Below are positions 48,837 through 60,532 of a DNA stretch of 64,000 bases, piece after piece (position 1 is the stretch's first letter; each line of letters begins with the position of its first letter). The notes under the pieces are model-generated. The model saw only the letters and a program-made list of their open reading frames with translations, did not search any database and was not told the origin of the DNA. The position numbers and the translations under genes were made by a program. The stretch comes from Peptococcaceae bacterium (GTDB lineage Bacteria > Bacillota > Dehalobacteriia > UBA4068 > UBA4997), in contig JAAWKH010000007.1 in NCBI GenBank assembly GCA_022797295.1, positions 1,338 through 65,337 on the forward strand, in the 5' to 3' direction.

Positions 48837-50414
48837 TTACTTGCCAGGCCCAGCCGCCAGAATATCCGCGTCCACGCCGTGATATGTCTTAAAGTTCTCC
48901 ACAAACAAAGCCGCCAGCTTTTTAGCGGATTCGTCGTAAGCGTCCTTGTCTGCCCAAGTGCTGCGAGGATTTAAAACCTCAGCCGGCACGTTGGGGCAGG
49001 TTTTCGGCACAGCCAAGCCAAAAATGGGGTCTTTCTCATATTCCACATTGGCCAGCTCACCGTTTAAGGCCGCCGTCACCATTGCACGGGTGTAAGCCAG
49101 TTTCATCCGGCTGCCCACTCCGTAGGGGCCGCCCGTCCAGCCGGTGTTCAGCATATAAACCTCAGTGCCGTATTTGGCAATGTTGGCGCGCAACAGCTTA
49201 GCATATTCACCAACCGCACGGGGCAGGAAAGGTGCGCCAAAGCCAGCAGAGAAAGTAGCCTGCGGCTCAGTAATGCCACGCTCGGTGCCGGCCAGCTTGC
49301 TAGTGTAGCCAGAAAGATAATAGTAACTAGCTTGGTTCTGGTCCAATTTAGCCACTGGCGGCAGAACGCCAAAAGCGTCAGCCGTCAGGAAGATAATCGC
49401 TTTGGGCTGGCCACCCTTGCCGGAAAGCACCGCGTCCGGAATATAATCCACCGGGTAACCGGTGCGGATATTCTCGGTCAAAGTATCGTCGTCATAATCA
49501 GCCAAACGTGTTGACGGATCCATAACCACGTTTTCAATCACCGCACCAAATTTAATCGCGTTCCAAATCTGCGGTTCGCCCTCACGGGAAAGCTTGATAG
49601 CCTTAGCATAGCAGCCACCCTCAAAGTTAAACACACCTTTTTCCGACCAGCCATGCTCGTCGTCGCCAATCAGCTGACGTTGCGGGTCAGCGGAAAGGGT
49701 AGTTTTGCCGGTGCCGGAAAGGCCAAAGAACAAAGCCGTGGTGCCATCTGCGCCAATGTTGGCAGAGCAGTGCATCGGGCAAACGCCTTGCTCAGGCATC
49801 ATATAATTCATGTAGCTGAAGCAGGATTTTTTCATCTCGCCGGCATAGGAAGCGCCGCCAATCAAAATCTCCTTGCTGGTGAAATTCAGGATGATAAAGG
49901 CCTCCGAGTTTGTTTTGTCCAGCTCCGGGATAGCTTTAAATCCAGGCGTGCAAACCAAAGTAACCTCCGGCTTAAAGCTAGCCAGCTCCTCCTCAGTTGG
50001 GCGGCGCAGCAGCTGGTGAATAAACAGATTTTGCCAAGCATATTCGTTAATCACCCGCACCGGAATCCGATAATCCTCGTCCGCGCCAATGTAACCGTCG
50101 AAAACGAAAACATCGCGGCCCTCCAGATAAGCCTTTTGACGGCTGCGCAAAGCAACAAAAGCTTCTGGGTCAAAGGGCTTGTTGATTTTGCCCCAATCCA
50201 CAGTGTCCTTGGTGGTAGCGTCCTCCACCACAAAACGATCCTCCGGTGAGCGACCGGTGTATTTGCCGGTTTCCACCGCCAAAGCCCCCGTGCTGGCCAT
50301 GCGGCCCTCGCCGCGGCTCAAAGCTTGTTCCACCAGCAAGGCCGGCGCCAGGTTTTCAAAAATTGCACCCAGATTAATGTAACCGGCAGCTGCCAGTTGT
50401 TCTCTCATACTCAT
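48837..50414 (-). CDS. pckA: Phosphoenolpyruvate carboxykinase (ATP).
   Basis: Start at MSMREQ after an AGGAGG RBS, with the kinase-1a motif GLSGTGKTTLS and PckA-specific blocks. Confidence 0.9.
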   Translation of the reverse strand: MSMREQLAAAGYINLGAIFENLAPALLVEQALSRGEGRMASTGALAVETGKYTGRSPEDRFVVEDATTKDTVDWGKINKPFDPEAFVALRSRQKAYLEGRDVFVFDGYIGADEDYRIPVRVINEYAWQNLFIHQLLRRPTEEELASFKPEVTLVCTPGFKAIPELDKTNSEAFIILNFTSKEILIGGASYAGEMKKSCFSYMNYMMPEQGVCPMHCSANIGADGTTALFFGLSGTGKTTLSADPQRQLIGDDEHGWSEKGVFNFEGGCYAKAIKLSREGEPQIWNAIKFGAVIENVVMDPSTRLADYDDDTLTENIRTGYPVDYIPDAVLSGKGGQPKAIIFLTADAFGVLPPVAKLDQNQASYYYLSGYTSKLAGTERGITEPQATFSAGFGAPFLPRAVGEYAKLLRANIAKYGTEVYMLNTGWTGGPYGVGSRMKLAYTRAMVTAALNGELANVEYEKDPIFGLAVPKTCPNVPAEVLNPRSTWADKDAYDESAKKLAALFVENFKTYHGVDADILAAGPGK

Positions 50415-50540
50415 AAGCCATTCCTCCTTTTTCAAGACTGCCTGAAAGGCGTCTTAATTTTCTATTTTTTTATCCTGCTTGCCATTTGGGCAATATTTTT
50501 TCCTGTTTCTTCCTTATTATATATATCCTGGAAAAACGGC

Positions 50541-50939
50541 TTAGCCGAAAAAGCGTTTAATTTCAATCTCGGCATTCTCCACGCTGTCGGAGCCGTGAAT
50601 CAGATTTTCAGTTGTGCAGAAAGCAAAATCGCCGCGGATGGTGCCGGGAACAGCCTCCTCAAATTTGGTAGCGCCCATCAAAATGCGCATACCCAAAACC
50701 ACGTCGGGGCCTTCCACAATCATTGCCAAAACCGGGCCGCTGGTCATATAATCCACCAGTTCCGGGAAAAACGGCTTGTCTGCAATGTGAGCATAATGCT
50801 CTTTCAGCACAGCCTCGCCCAGCTGCATTGTTTTAGCCTCCACAATTTTGTAACCTTTGCGTTCAATTCGAGAGATAATCTCCCCTGCCACGCCGCGCTT
50901 CAAAGCGTCCGGCTTCAGCATAATGTAAGTTCTTTCCAT
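50541..50939 (-). CDS. ndk: Nucleoside diphosphate kinase.
   Basis: 132 aa, MERTYIMLKPDA...NLIHGSDS, with the active-site His. Confidence 0.9.
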   Translation of the reverse strand: MERTYIMLKPDALKRGVAGEIISRIERKGYKIVEAKTMQLGEAVLKEHYAHIADKPFFPELVDYMTSGPVLAMIVEGPDVVLGMRILMGATKFEEAVPGTIRGDFAFCTTENLIHGSDSVENAEIEIKRFFG

Positions 50940-50968
50940 TTGATTACTCCTTTTTAATTATATTAATA

Positions 50969-51715
50969 TTACCATCCTAAATCGGCAAATATCCCATACC
51001 AATAGACTTGATTACGGCAACGCTCCGTTGCCTCCCGGAAAACATTTTCCCCATCCTGCCGGCGTTGATAAAACAGCCACATATCCTCCAGCTCACTGGG
51101 GCGCAAAAAACGCCGCTGCGATATTTTGCAGCTGTCATCCGGCGGCACATTGGGGCTTTTGTCCACGTAAAGGCTGTTCTTCTCCACGTAAACGTAAAAC
51201 CACTTGCTGGCCCGCCGGTTGGTGGGCATTGTTTTCACATCGTGCGGGTTGGCGGCAAATTCCTCAACAATCTTCTGCCAGCGCTCCAGGCCAACCTGGT
51301 GCTTAAACCCGTTAAAATTATGTTTAGATGGCCAAACCGCGGCAAAAACGCCAAACCAGTAAATCAACATTTTGGTTTGGGCTTCCTCCTCGGCCTTGTG
51401 GGCCATGTTACGTCCCCAAATTTTTTCGCCCTTGCTCCAGCGCTGATATAAATTAAATACGCGCTCAAATTCGCTACGCAACAGGTGACGTTGCCGTTTC
51501 AGCTTGCAGGCACGCTCCTGATGCTCCGGATCCACGGCGTGGCGCACATATAAATTACCATTTAGGGCCACCACATAAAACCAACGGCCTGGTCGGTTTA
51601 TTTTTGGTATGGTCTGCACATCCCGCGGATTTTTACCGAATTCTTTTAAAATTTTCTGCCATTTGGACTCCAGCTTCTGCGCAGGGTCCCTTGTAGTTTC
51701 TTTCGTCATAAGCAA
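50969..51715 (-). CDS. Hypothetical protein with an internal tandem duplication of a ~100 aa module.
   Basis: 248 aa. The two halves align (W.KI..EF..NP.DV.T.P...R..(R/K)WFYV....N.LYV....). Confidence 0.45.
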   Translation of the reverse strand: MLMTKETTRDPAQKLESKWQKILKEFGKNPRDVQTIPKINRPGRWFYVVALNGNLYVRHAVDPEHQERACKLKRQRHLLRSEFERVFNLYQRWSKGEKIWGRNMAHKAEEEAQTKMLIYWFGVFAAVWPSKHNFNGFKHQVGLERWQKIVEEFAANPHDVKTMPTNRRASKWFYVYVEKNSLYVDKSPNVPPDDSCKISQRRFLRPSELEDMWLFYQRRQDGENVFREATERCRNQVYWYGIFADLGW

Positions 51716-51778
51716 CCCCTTCTTTAATACTTAATTTTGTTATCAAACTGCTTTCCTTGCAGTGGGCCAAAAACCTGG

Positions 51779-53122
<1,344 letters not shown>

Positions 53123-53220
53123 CTATTACCTAAAATTATACTATTTTCCACCCGTACTGTCAACAAATTTTTGTTTATGTTATCGCTTTTTTGCCGTTAT
53201 TTATTCCGTTTTAAGCCTGC

Positions 53221-54390
53221 TCACTCCAAAATAAAGAGTGCCGGCAGCTCGGCAGGCGCTTCTCCCTGCCAAATTTCAATCCGCAACCGCCCTCCGCCAA
53301 TCCGGCAAAGCAGATAAACCGGCTGTTCCAAATTATTCTGCCAGCGTAAATCCTTTGAACCCCAAGCCACCGTGGCGTCGCCGCCCGCAGGGGCGTAATC
53401 CACCGCCAAGGAGTGCGGATGCCGCTCCAAAACGCTCAGCTTAGTTTGACGCAAGGCCAGATACAATGTGCTGCTAACCTGACAGATACCGCCGCCCAGC
53501 CCTTGCACCGGCTGCCGGTCCACAAAAATGATGGCCGATAAAAAACCTCGCTCCGCCGTGCGCGGCCCCACCGCTGCATTAAAGGAAAATTCCTCGCCGG
53601 GGGCCAACTGCAAACCATGCAAGGCCTCTGCCGCCAGATAAATATTTTGGCTACGGTTCCGCTGCGCCGCATTAAAAGATGTTTCCGCAGCTGCCAGCAG
53701 TTCCGCCTCCGCCTCAACAGCCCAAATTTCCGCCAGCTTAGGCTGCGCCAACTGCCAAGCCGCCGCCATATCCAGCCCATTTTCGCCGCCCGGCTCCACA
53801 GCCTCACCGCCAGACCATTCCGGCAACTCCGGCAGCCAAACCTCCACCAAACGCTGTTCACTTTGCAACTGCCAGCTCAACCCCAACGGCTCCAGCAAAG
53901 CTAAAGGTAGACACAAAGTGTCCTCCAACAGCAGTGGCGCGGCATATTCCTGTTGAATTATCGCTTGCCCGTCAACTCCCACCTTTATCAGCTGCTGCCG
54001 GCCTGGTAAAAGCAGCACAAAGCCCTGGGCCTCCGTCCAAATGGCCGCCCCGCTGTGCACCCTGCCCACCTGATATTCCTGCCAACCCAAGGGCGTTCCG
54101 CCAGCCTCCGCCAGCAAACGCAACGGCAAATAGGGCTGGCCCAAATTCCACTCGTAGCCTGTGGAATCCGCAAAAACCTCCGCCAACCAATATTCCTGCC
54201 GCTCGCCGTCAGGCCTGTGCAACACCAGCCGCCAACCCAAAGCCTCATCTTCCGTCGTCTGGCCCAGCTCCAACCCCTCCGGCTCAGGAATAGCCCAAGC
54301 CCTGGCGGCCGAAAGCCCCAAAAACAACACAATCATAAAACCCAAAAGCAACACATAGCCCCGAAGCCCAGAGCGCTTTTGCATAAGCAT
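53221..54390 (-). CDS. VanW family protein.
   Basis: 389 aa with an N-terminal TM helix. The C-terminal block GGGICQVSSTLYLALRQTKLSVLERHPHS is typical of the VanW domain. Confidence 0.7.
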   Translation of the reverse strand: MLMQKRSGLRGYVLLLGFMIVLFLGLSAARAWAIPEPEGLELGQTTEDEALGWRLVLHRPDGERQEYWLAEVFADSTGYEWNLGQPYLPLRLLAEAGGTPLGWQEYQVGRVHSGAAIWTEAQGFVLLLPGRQQLIKVGVDGQAIIQQEYAAPLLLEDTLCLPLALLEPLGLSWQLQSEQRLVEVWLPELPEWSGGEAVEPGGENGLDMAAAWQLAQPKLAEIWAVEAEAELLAAAETSFNAAQRNRSQNIYLAAEALHGLQLAPGEEFSFNAAVGPRTAERGFLSAIIFVDRQPVQGLGGGICQVSSTLYLALRQTKLSVLERHPHSLAVDYAPAGGDATVAWGSKDLRWQNNLEQPVYLLCRIGGGRLRIEIWQGEAPAELPALFILE

Positions 54391-54635
54391 CCCTCCTTTA
54401 GTTAGTTTAATTATATCACAGGGCTTGACGGCCCATGCGCTGCAATTTGCGTAAATTTAAGCGTTTATCCGCTTTTTTTGCCATATTCCGCCCAAAATAC
54501 GCCGCCCCTGTCTATTAAAAACATCAGGCTGGCAAAATTCGCTGGAAAATAACAGGTTTTTTTTGCAAAAAAGCTTGACATATCCGCTTGTCTAGTCTAT
54601 AATATTAAAGCGTGATGATTCACGCCGAACATTTT

Positions 54636-54711
54636 GGACCATTAACTCAGTTGGTAGAGTAGCTGACTCTTAATCAGAATGTCCACGGTTCGAGTCCGTG
54701 ATGGTCCACCA
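54636..54711 (+). tRNA. tRNA-Lys (anticodon CTT).
   Basis: Cloverleaf with anticodon loop CTCTTAA, T-loop GGTTCGAGTCC and CCA. It is close to the Bacillus tRNA-Lys backbone, with a G27-A43 mismatch. Confidence 0.8.
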
Positions 54712-54714
54712 TAT

Positions 54715-54790
54715 GATCCATTAGCTCAGCTGGCAGAGCACCTGACTTTTAATCAGGGTGTCCCGCGTTCGAATCGCGGATGGATCACCA
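54715..54790 (+). tRNA. tRNA-Lys (anticodon TTT).
   Basis: Anticodon arm CCTGA-CTTTTAA-TCAGG, T-loop GTTCGAATC and CCA. Confidence 0.85.
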
Positions 54791-54793
54791 TCT

Positions 54794-54870
54794 GGCACGT
54801 TGGAGAAGCGGCTTAACTCACCAGCCTTTCACGCTGGCATTCACGGGTTCGAATCCCGTACGTGTCACCA
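54794..54870 (+). tRNA. tRNA-Glu (anticodon TTC).
   Basis: GGCACGTTGG...GCCTTTCACGCTGG...ACGGGTTCGAATCCCGTACGTGTCACCA strongly resembles Bacillus tRNA-Glu. Confidence 0.8.
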
Positions 54871-54875
54871 AACCA

Positions 54876-54909
54876 AAACCTCTCAGATTTAATGCTGAGA
54901 GGTTTTTTT
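54876..54909 (+). terminator. Intrinsic terminator after the tRNA cluster.
   Basis: AAAACCTCTCAGATTTAATGCTGAGAGGTTTTTTT. Confidence 0.8.
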
Positions 54910-55063
54910 GATATGCTCACATCCAAAAAAGAATCGTAACCTTACAATAATGTAAGATTACGCCTTAAAATGCAAGGTAAAATCTCTGGTGGCCGCCTGC
55001 CGCTTATGTTAAAATATAGATAGTTCAAGTATAGTTGTCTGAAATGAGAAAGGAGAAAAACAA

Positions 55064-55900
55064 ATGTCAATTTTAGAAGTAAAAGACCTGCAAAAAATTT
55101 ATACCACCCGCTTTGGCGGCCAAAAGGTGCAAGCATTGCAAAGCGTCAGCTTCAGTGTGGAAAAAGGCGAATGGGTGGCCATTATGGGCGAATCCGGCAG
55201 CGGCAAAACCACCTTGCTAAATTTGGTGGCCGCGCTGGACCGCCCCACCAGCGGCCAAATCTTGCTGGAGGGGCAAAACCTGGCCCAAATCAAGGAAAGC
55301 CGCATCGCCGCTTTTCGGCGGGATAACCTGGGCTTTGTGTTTCAGGATTGCAACCTGCTAGACACCTTTTCCCTGGCAGACAACATCTATCTGCCGCTGG
55401 TGCTGGCCGCCCTGCCCTACAAAGAGATGGCCGCCCGCCTAAATCCGCTGGCTAACCAGTTGGGTATTAGCAGCCTGTTGGCGAAATATCCTTATGAGGT
55501 TTCCGGCGGGCAAAAGCAGCGCGCAGCCGTGGCCCGCGCTCTGATAACCAAACCCAGTCTGGTGCTGGCCGACGAGCCAACCGGCGCGCTGGATTCCCGC
55601 TCCGCCGACGAGCTTTTGGAGCTTTTCCGCCAGATTAATGAAAACGGCCAAACCATTCTGCTGGTAACCCATTCCGTCAAAGCCGCCAGCTACGCCGGAC
55701 GAGTGCTGTTCATCAAGGACGGGCGAGTATTCCACCAACTTTATCGGGCCGGGCAACCGCAGCAGCAATTCTATCAAAAAATTGCCGAGGCGCTCACCCT
55801 GCTTTCCACCAACACTGACCAGACGAACGCCAACCACACGGCCCCAACCCAATCAATGAGCGCGGCTATGCAATCGGCGATTACAGGAGGTGTTGATTGA
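55064..55900 (+). CDS. ABC transporter ATP-binding protein (MacB/BceA-like).
   Basis: Walker A GESGSGKTT, signature LSGGQKQR and Walker B LVLADEPTG. It overlaps the permease start (ATGA). Confidence 0.9.
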   Translation: MSILEVKDLQKIYTTRFGGQKVQALQSVSFSVEKGEWVAIMGESGSGKTTLLNLVAALDRPTSGQILLEGQNLAQIKESRIAAFRRDNLGFVFQDCNLLDTFSLADNIYLPLVLAALPYKEMAARLNPLANQLGISSLLAKYPYEVSGGQKQRAAVARALITKPSLVLADEPTGALDSRSADELLELFRQINENGQTILLVTHSVKAASYAGRVLFIKDGRVFHQLYRAGQPQQQFYQKIAEALTLLSTNTDQTNANHTAPTQSMSAAMQSAITGGVD

Positions 55901-58005
55901 TGCGCGGCTTTGGCTTTTACACACGGCTGGCCTGGCAGGGCATGTGCAAAAACGGCCGCGTTTATCTTCCTTATATATTAACCTGCATTGGTATGGTGAT
56001 GATGTATTACATTGTGTGCGCCCTGCAAAACAGCACCGCCGTGGAAACCATGCGCGGCGGCGGCACAGTGCAGGAAATCCTCTCCCTAGGACAGATTGTA
56101 ATCGGTTTTTTCTCGCTGCTGTTTTTGCTTTACACCAATTCATTTTTGTTGAAGCGGCGTAAAAAGGAGTTTGGCCTTTACAACATTCTGGGAATGAGCA
56201 AGCTGAACCTGGCCCGCGTGCTGCTGCTGGAAACGCTGCTAACCGCCGCACTGGCTTTGCTGAGCGGCCTGGGCCTGGGGCTGCTTTTCAGCAAGCTGGC
56301 CGAGCTTTCCCTCAGCCGGCTGCTCTCCTCCGGGCCCAGCCTGGTGTTTGAAATCTCCCCATTGGCCATCATTTCCACCCTAAAGCTTTTCAGTCTGATT
56401 TTTCTGTTGTTGTTGGCCAATTCCCTGCGCCAGGTGCATATGGCCCGGCCGGTGGAGCTGCTGCGAGCGCCCAATTTTGGCGAACGCCCGCCCAAAGCCA
56501 ACTGGCTGCTGGCTCTGCTGGGCTTGATACTGCTAGCCGGGGCCTACTTTTTGGCCGTCACCATTAAAGACCCCATCGTGGCCTTGGGTTTGTTCTTTGT
56601 GGCGGTAATTATGGTAATCATCGCCACTTATCTGCTGTTCATTGCCGGCTCGGTGGCTTTGTGCCGGCTGCTGCAAAAAAACCCGCGCTTCTATTACCAA
56701 ACCAAGCATTTTGTGTCCACCGGCAACATGCTGTTCCGCATGCGGCGCAACGGCGCGGGCCTGGCCAGCATTTGTATCCTCTCCACTATGGTGCTGGTAA
56801 TGCTTTCCACCACCGGCTGCCTGTTTTGGGGCAAGGAGGCCGCCTTGCAGCAGCGTTTTCCGCAGGATATTATTTTCAGCATTTATGATGTTTTCTATCC
56901 GGCAGACGAGGCCGCCGCGGACGAGCGGCCGGGACTGGCGGAGCGGCAGAACTATATTCCGGTTTATCGGGAGCTGATTGAAGCGGAGCTGGCCCGGCGC
57001 GGCTGGCAGAATCAACCGGTTTTGGATTTCCGGCATCTCACCACCGTGGCCGCGGTTGAGAACAGCCGCCTGACCTTTGACCAAGACAAAATGCAGCAAG
57101 CGGAAAGGCTGGTGCAATATAAAGGCTTTTACTACGCCCATTTCATCCCGTTAGATGATTACAACCGCAGCCAGGCAAGCGCACTGGAGCTGCAACCGGA
57201 CGAAGTGTTTATCTGCGAAAACCCGAACGCCCCTTACACCTGGAACACTCTGAGCCTGCCCCAAATTGAGCAACTGCCGGAATTTAAGGTGAAAAGCCTG
57301 CTACCGGAATTTCCGCATACGAGCGTTTCCAACTCGGAAATTTTGCCGGATTTGTGGGTGGTGGTGCCAGACGAGCAAATTATGCAGACCGTTTGCAACG
57401 TGCAGCAACAGGCATATGAGAGAGCTTCCTCGGTGGCGTGGTACTACGGTTTTGACCTGCCGGAAACGGCCAGCCCCAGCGAAAGCGATGAATTTGTGCG
57501 GGTGATTTGGAACCAGGTTGACGAACGCACCCAGCAGGCCAAAGCAAACGGCGAGTTTGAACCGCCGAACATTCATTATTCCGACATCAACGGAGAGCGT
57601 GATTGGTATTACAGCATGAACAGCGGCATGTTTTTCCTGGCCATTGTGCTGGCGTTGGTGTTTGTGGCCGGCGCGCTGCTGATTATGTACTACAAACAGC
57701 TGGTGGAGGGCTACGAGGACCAAGCGGGCTTTGGTATTCTGCGCAAGGTAGGCATGACCGATCGGGAAATCCGCAGCAGCGTCAACTGGCAAACATTGGT
57801 GTTGTTTTTCCTGCCGCTGGTAATCGCCGGCATACACCTGGCCTTTGCCTTTAATATGCTGCTAAAGCTGTTGCTAGCTTTCGGCCTTTCCAACCCGGCC
57901 TTGCTGGTTCAAATCAGCGTCATCTGCTATCTAATTTTCGCCCTGCTTTACATCGCCGCTTATCTGACGACCTCTCGCATTTACTACCGCATTGTGGCCA
58001 GTTAA
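55897..58005 (+). CDS. ABC transporter permease of FtsX-like fold, BceB-type (10 TM, large extracellular loop).
   Basis: 702 aa with 4 TM plus a ~200 aa loop plus more TMs, the typical BceB/VraG-type permease. It is translationally coupled to the ATPase gene. Confidence 0.8.
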   Translation: MMRGFGFYTRLAWQGMCKNGRVYLPYILTCIGMVMMYYIVCALQNSTAVETMRGGGTVQEILSLGQIVIGFFSLLFLLYTNSFLLKRRKKEFGLYNILGMSKLNLARVLLLETLLTAALALLSGLGLGLLFSKLAELSLSRLLSSGPSLVFEISPLAIISTLKLFSLIFLLLLANSLRQVHMARPVELLRAPNFGERPPKANWLLALLGLILLAGAYFLAVTIKDPIVALGLFFVAVIMVIIATYLLFIAGSVALCRLLQKNPRFYYQTKHFVSTGNMLFRMRRNGAGLASICILSTMVLVMLSTTGCLFWGKEAALQQRFPQDIIFSIYDVFYPADEAAADERPGLAERQNYIPVYRELIEAELARRGWQNQPVLDFRHLTTVAAVENSRLTFDQDKMQQAERLVQYKGFYYAHFIPLDDYNRSQASALELQPDEVFICENPNAPYTWNTLSLPQIEQLPEFKVKSLLPEFPHTSVSNSEILPDLWVVVPDEQIMQTVCNVQQQAYERASSVAWYYGFDLPETASPSESDEFVRVIWNQVDERTQQAKANGEFEPPNIHYSDINGERDWYYSMNSGMFFLAIVLALVFVAGALLIMYYKQLVEGYEDQAGFGILRKVGMTDREIRSSVNWQTLVLFFLPLVIAGIHLAFAFNMLLKLLLAFGLSNPALLVQISVICYLIFALLYIAAYLTTSRIYYRIVAS

Positions 58006-58232
58006 GGGCAGCAATTAATTGGGCGAACAAAATACAAATTTTTTCAAAAAAGCTGCAAGTTTTTTCGGTAAAAAACGGTATTTATGGTAGAGAATTAAAT
58101 ACCACATTAAAAAGTATAGTTAAATGAGCAAAAAAACAATTTGTTAATATTTTCTTAATAATTTAGATTATAATTAATGATAAGATTATAAAAAATGTGA
58201 TACCCATAGTTGTGAATTTGGAGGTGAACTTT

Positions 58233-58973
58233 ATGAAAAAGATTTGGCGAGCAATAAGAATTACGTTGGGAGCAGTTGTGTGCCTGGGTTTAATTTTGGC
58301 GGGCGGCCTCACCTGGCAGGGTTGGCAGCTTTACAAACAGGCGGTGGAGGCGCGGCCTCTGGAGCAGGTGCTGGCTGAAACCCGCGCTGCGGAAAATTAC
58401 ACCACCCTGGAGGAATTGCCCCAGTTTTATCTGGACGCGGTGGTGGCCGTGGAGGACAAACGCTTTTACAAGCACGGCGGCATAGATTTGATTTCCATCG
58501 CCCGGGCGGTGGCCGCCGATTTGCAGGCCGGCGCTCTGGTGGAGGGCGGCAGCACCATCACCCAACAGTTGGCCAAAAATCTATACTTCACGCAGGAAAA
58601 GAAATTTGAACGCAAAATCGCCGAGGTGTTTGTGGCCTGGGATATTGAAAAAATGTGTGATAAAGATGAAATTTTGGAACTTTATGTTAATGACATTTAC
58701 TTTGGCGCTGGTTATTACAACATCCACGACGCCGCCTGGGGCTACTTCGGCAAACATCCTGCGGATTTAACCGCGGCCGAAAGCGCTTTGCTGGCCGGGC
58801 TGCCAAATGCGCCCAGCGCCTACAATCCCAAAGCCAACCCGGAGTTGGCCGTGCAAAGACAACAGCAGGTTCTGCGCCGCATGGTGGATTGTGATATGCT
58901 CACCAGCGAGGAGGCCGGCGGCCTGGTTTTTATAGCGCAGGCCCTGACTTCGGAAATTGAACCTGTGACTTAG
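58233..58973 (+). CDS. Monofunctional peptidoglycan glycosyltransferase (GT51).
   Basis: Start at MKKIWRAI after a GGAGGTG RBS, with a TM anchor and GT51 motifs (VAVEDKRFYKHGGID; GGSTITQQLAKN; RKI.E). Confidence 0.85.
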   Translation: MKKIWRAIRITLGAVVCLGLILAGGLTWQGWQLYKQAVEARPLEQVLAETRAAENYTTLEELPQFYLDAVVAVEDKRFYKHGGIDLISIARAVAADLQAGALVEGGSTITQQLAKNLYFTQEKKFERKIAEVFVAWDIEKMCDKDEILELYVNDIYFGAGYYNIHDAAWGYFGKHPADLTAAESALLAGLPNAPSAYNPKANPELAVQRQQQVLRRMVDCDMLTSEEAGGLVFIAQALTSEIEPVT

Positions 58974-59200
58974 GAGCCTGCCAAAACTAAAGGAGATTTT
59001 ACCAGCTAACATAATCAACTAGCCGCGACCCTAAAAGGTGCGGCTAGTTGAAATGGTTCTCACTAAGCTCTGTCTGCGTCCACTAAAGTGGACTTGCCAA
59101 TCGCTAAGTGTTCACGCAATCAAAGCGGCGTTATCAAAAATGAACGCCGCTTTAATTTTTACTTTTAAGCTTTAATTTTTACTTTTAAATTAAGGAAAAA

Positions 59201-59575
59201 TTACATATCCGCACTGACATTACTGGTGCCGCCGTTGGTGCCCATATCCGTACTGGAAAGGTCCCCGGTGCCGGTCATTGTGCCAGCCCCGTTCAGATAA
59301 CCGGTGTTGGGAGTGGTTCTGGTGCCCCCATTGCTGCGATAGCTGCTGTTGGTGGCTCCGTTATACGTCCCGGAGCCATAGGAGACGCCATTGCCATAGC
59401 CGGCGCCGCCATAGTTATCCAAACCGTAGCCGGTGTAGCTGGTGGGAGTGCCGGTTGTGCCATTGGTACGGCCGGTGTTGCCGGTTTTGGTGTTGCTGCA
59501 ACCAGTCAGTGCAGCCAAAAGCAGCAAGCAGGCCGCCAAAAGATAAGCCAATCTTTTCATTTTAAGTTTAGCCAT
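59201..59575 (-). CDS. Gly/Thr/Asn/Tyr-rich lipoprotein.
   Basis: Lipobox LTGC after the signal peptide MKRLAYLLAACLLLLAA. The mature part is low-complexity (GYG/NGT repeats). Confidence 0.6.
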   Translation of the reverse strand: MAKLKMKRLAYLLAACLLLLAALTGCSNTKTGNTGRTNGTTGTPTSYTGYGLDNYGGAGYGNGVSYGSGTYNGATNSSYRSNGGTRTTPNTGYLNGAGTMTGTGDLSSTDMGTNGGTSNVSADM

Positions 59576-60532
59576 TTTAATTTCCTCCATACTATTTTTT
59601 TATAACTGCGTTTTTAGTATGTGGTTTTGTGGCTAAACTATTAGCTGAACTTTTTTCCAATTCTTTTAAGATATTAACAAGCCAAACCAAAGTTTGAAAG
59701 TGTAAATTGCTTGATTTTTCCAATTTTAAACAGACCATTGAGTTTTTCTTAAAATTGAACAAACAAAAATAGCCGCCCAGTTTCGCGATTGTACGGCTAT
59801 TTTTATTATAGTATTAATCGAGGACTGACCCACTTTAAGAGGTCGGCTCTTTGTATTTATATTATAGCATGGTGAAATTGTTTTGTCAATCTATTTCCCA
59901 AACTCCTATTAAATCACTAGGTTTGCTGGGTGGGTATTTTGAAGTTCCTGTGAAGAAAATGTGAAAAAAATTTAAAAATTTTCTGTATTTTAAACACAAA
60001 ACCCCTTTACGGATTACAAAAGATGTGATATAATCAGCTAAGATAAACTCTGTGTAAACTGATTTAGTTGTATCAGGTGATGAGGCGCAGAGTGAGGGCC
60101 GCAAAATATCGGCCTGGGAGGAGGTTATAACTAACGTTCCTTATGTGCTGAAAAGCGCTCCGCCATTGCTAGCCAGCTTTGGGCAGCTGTTACAGGGGCA
60201 GGCTTGCCAAAAGCGCCTTGCTAAACGCGGCCGCGCAATGCAGCATTACATATAGGAAAGCATTTGGAAAACGCGCCGTGCCAAAACGTCGGCTGAAGCT
60301 AGCAGCCGGCCCCTGGCCGATGAACGTTCATTCAGCCGCTGGCACGTGCAGCATTTGCAAAACAATCGAAAAAGTTACATTACATTTTGGCTAACGCAAA
60401 GCAAAAGAGGTCATTTAAAAAACAGCTATTATTTTTTTCCTCCTCATTTTGTATGTGTTGTTGAAAAAAGTGTGCTTGTTCCGTTTTAATTGCAGCCAAA
60501 TGCAAACGCAAGAAAAAAAGGAGGAACAAAAC

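Noticed and set aside
60100-60530. A long GC-rich 5' leader upstream of the SLC13 permease that could hide a riboswitch or T-box.
   Set aside because: I could not recognise any conserved riboswitch core (no T-box AGGGUGG, no SAM/TPP/glycine motifs) by eye, so I leave it unannotated. An Rfam scan would settle this.
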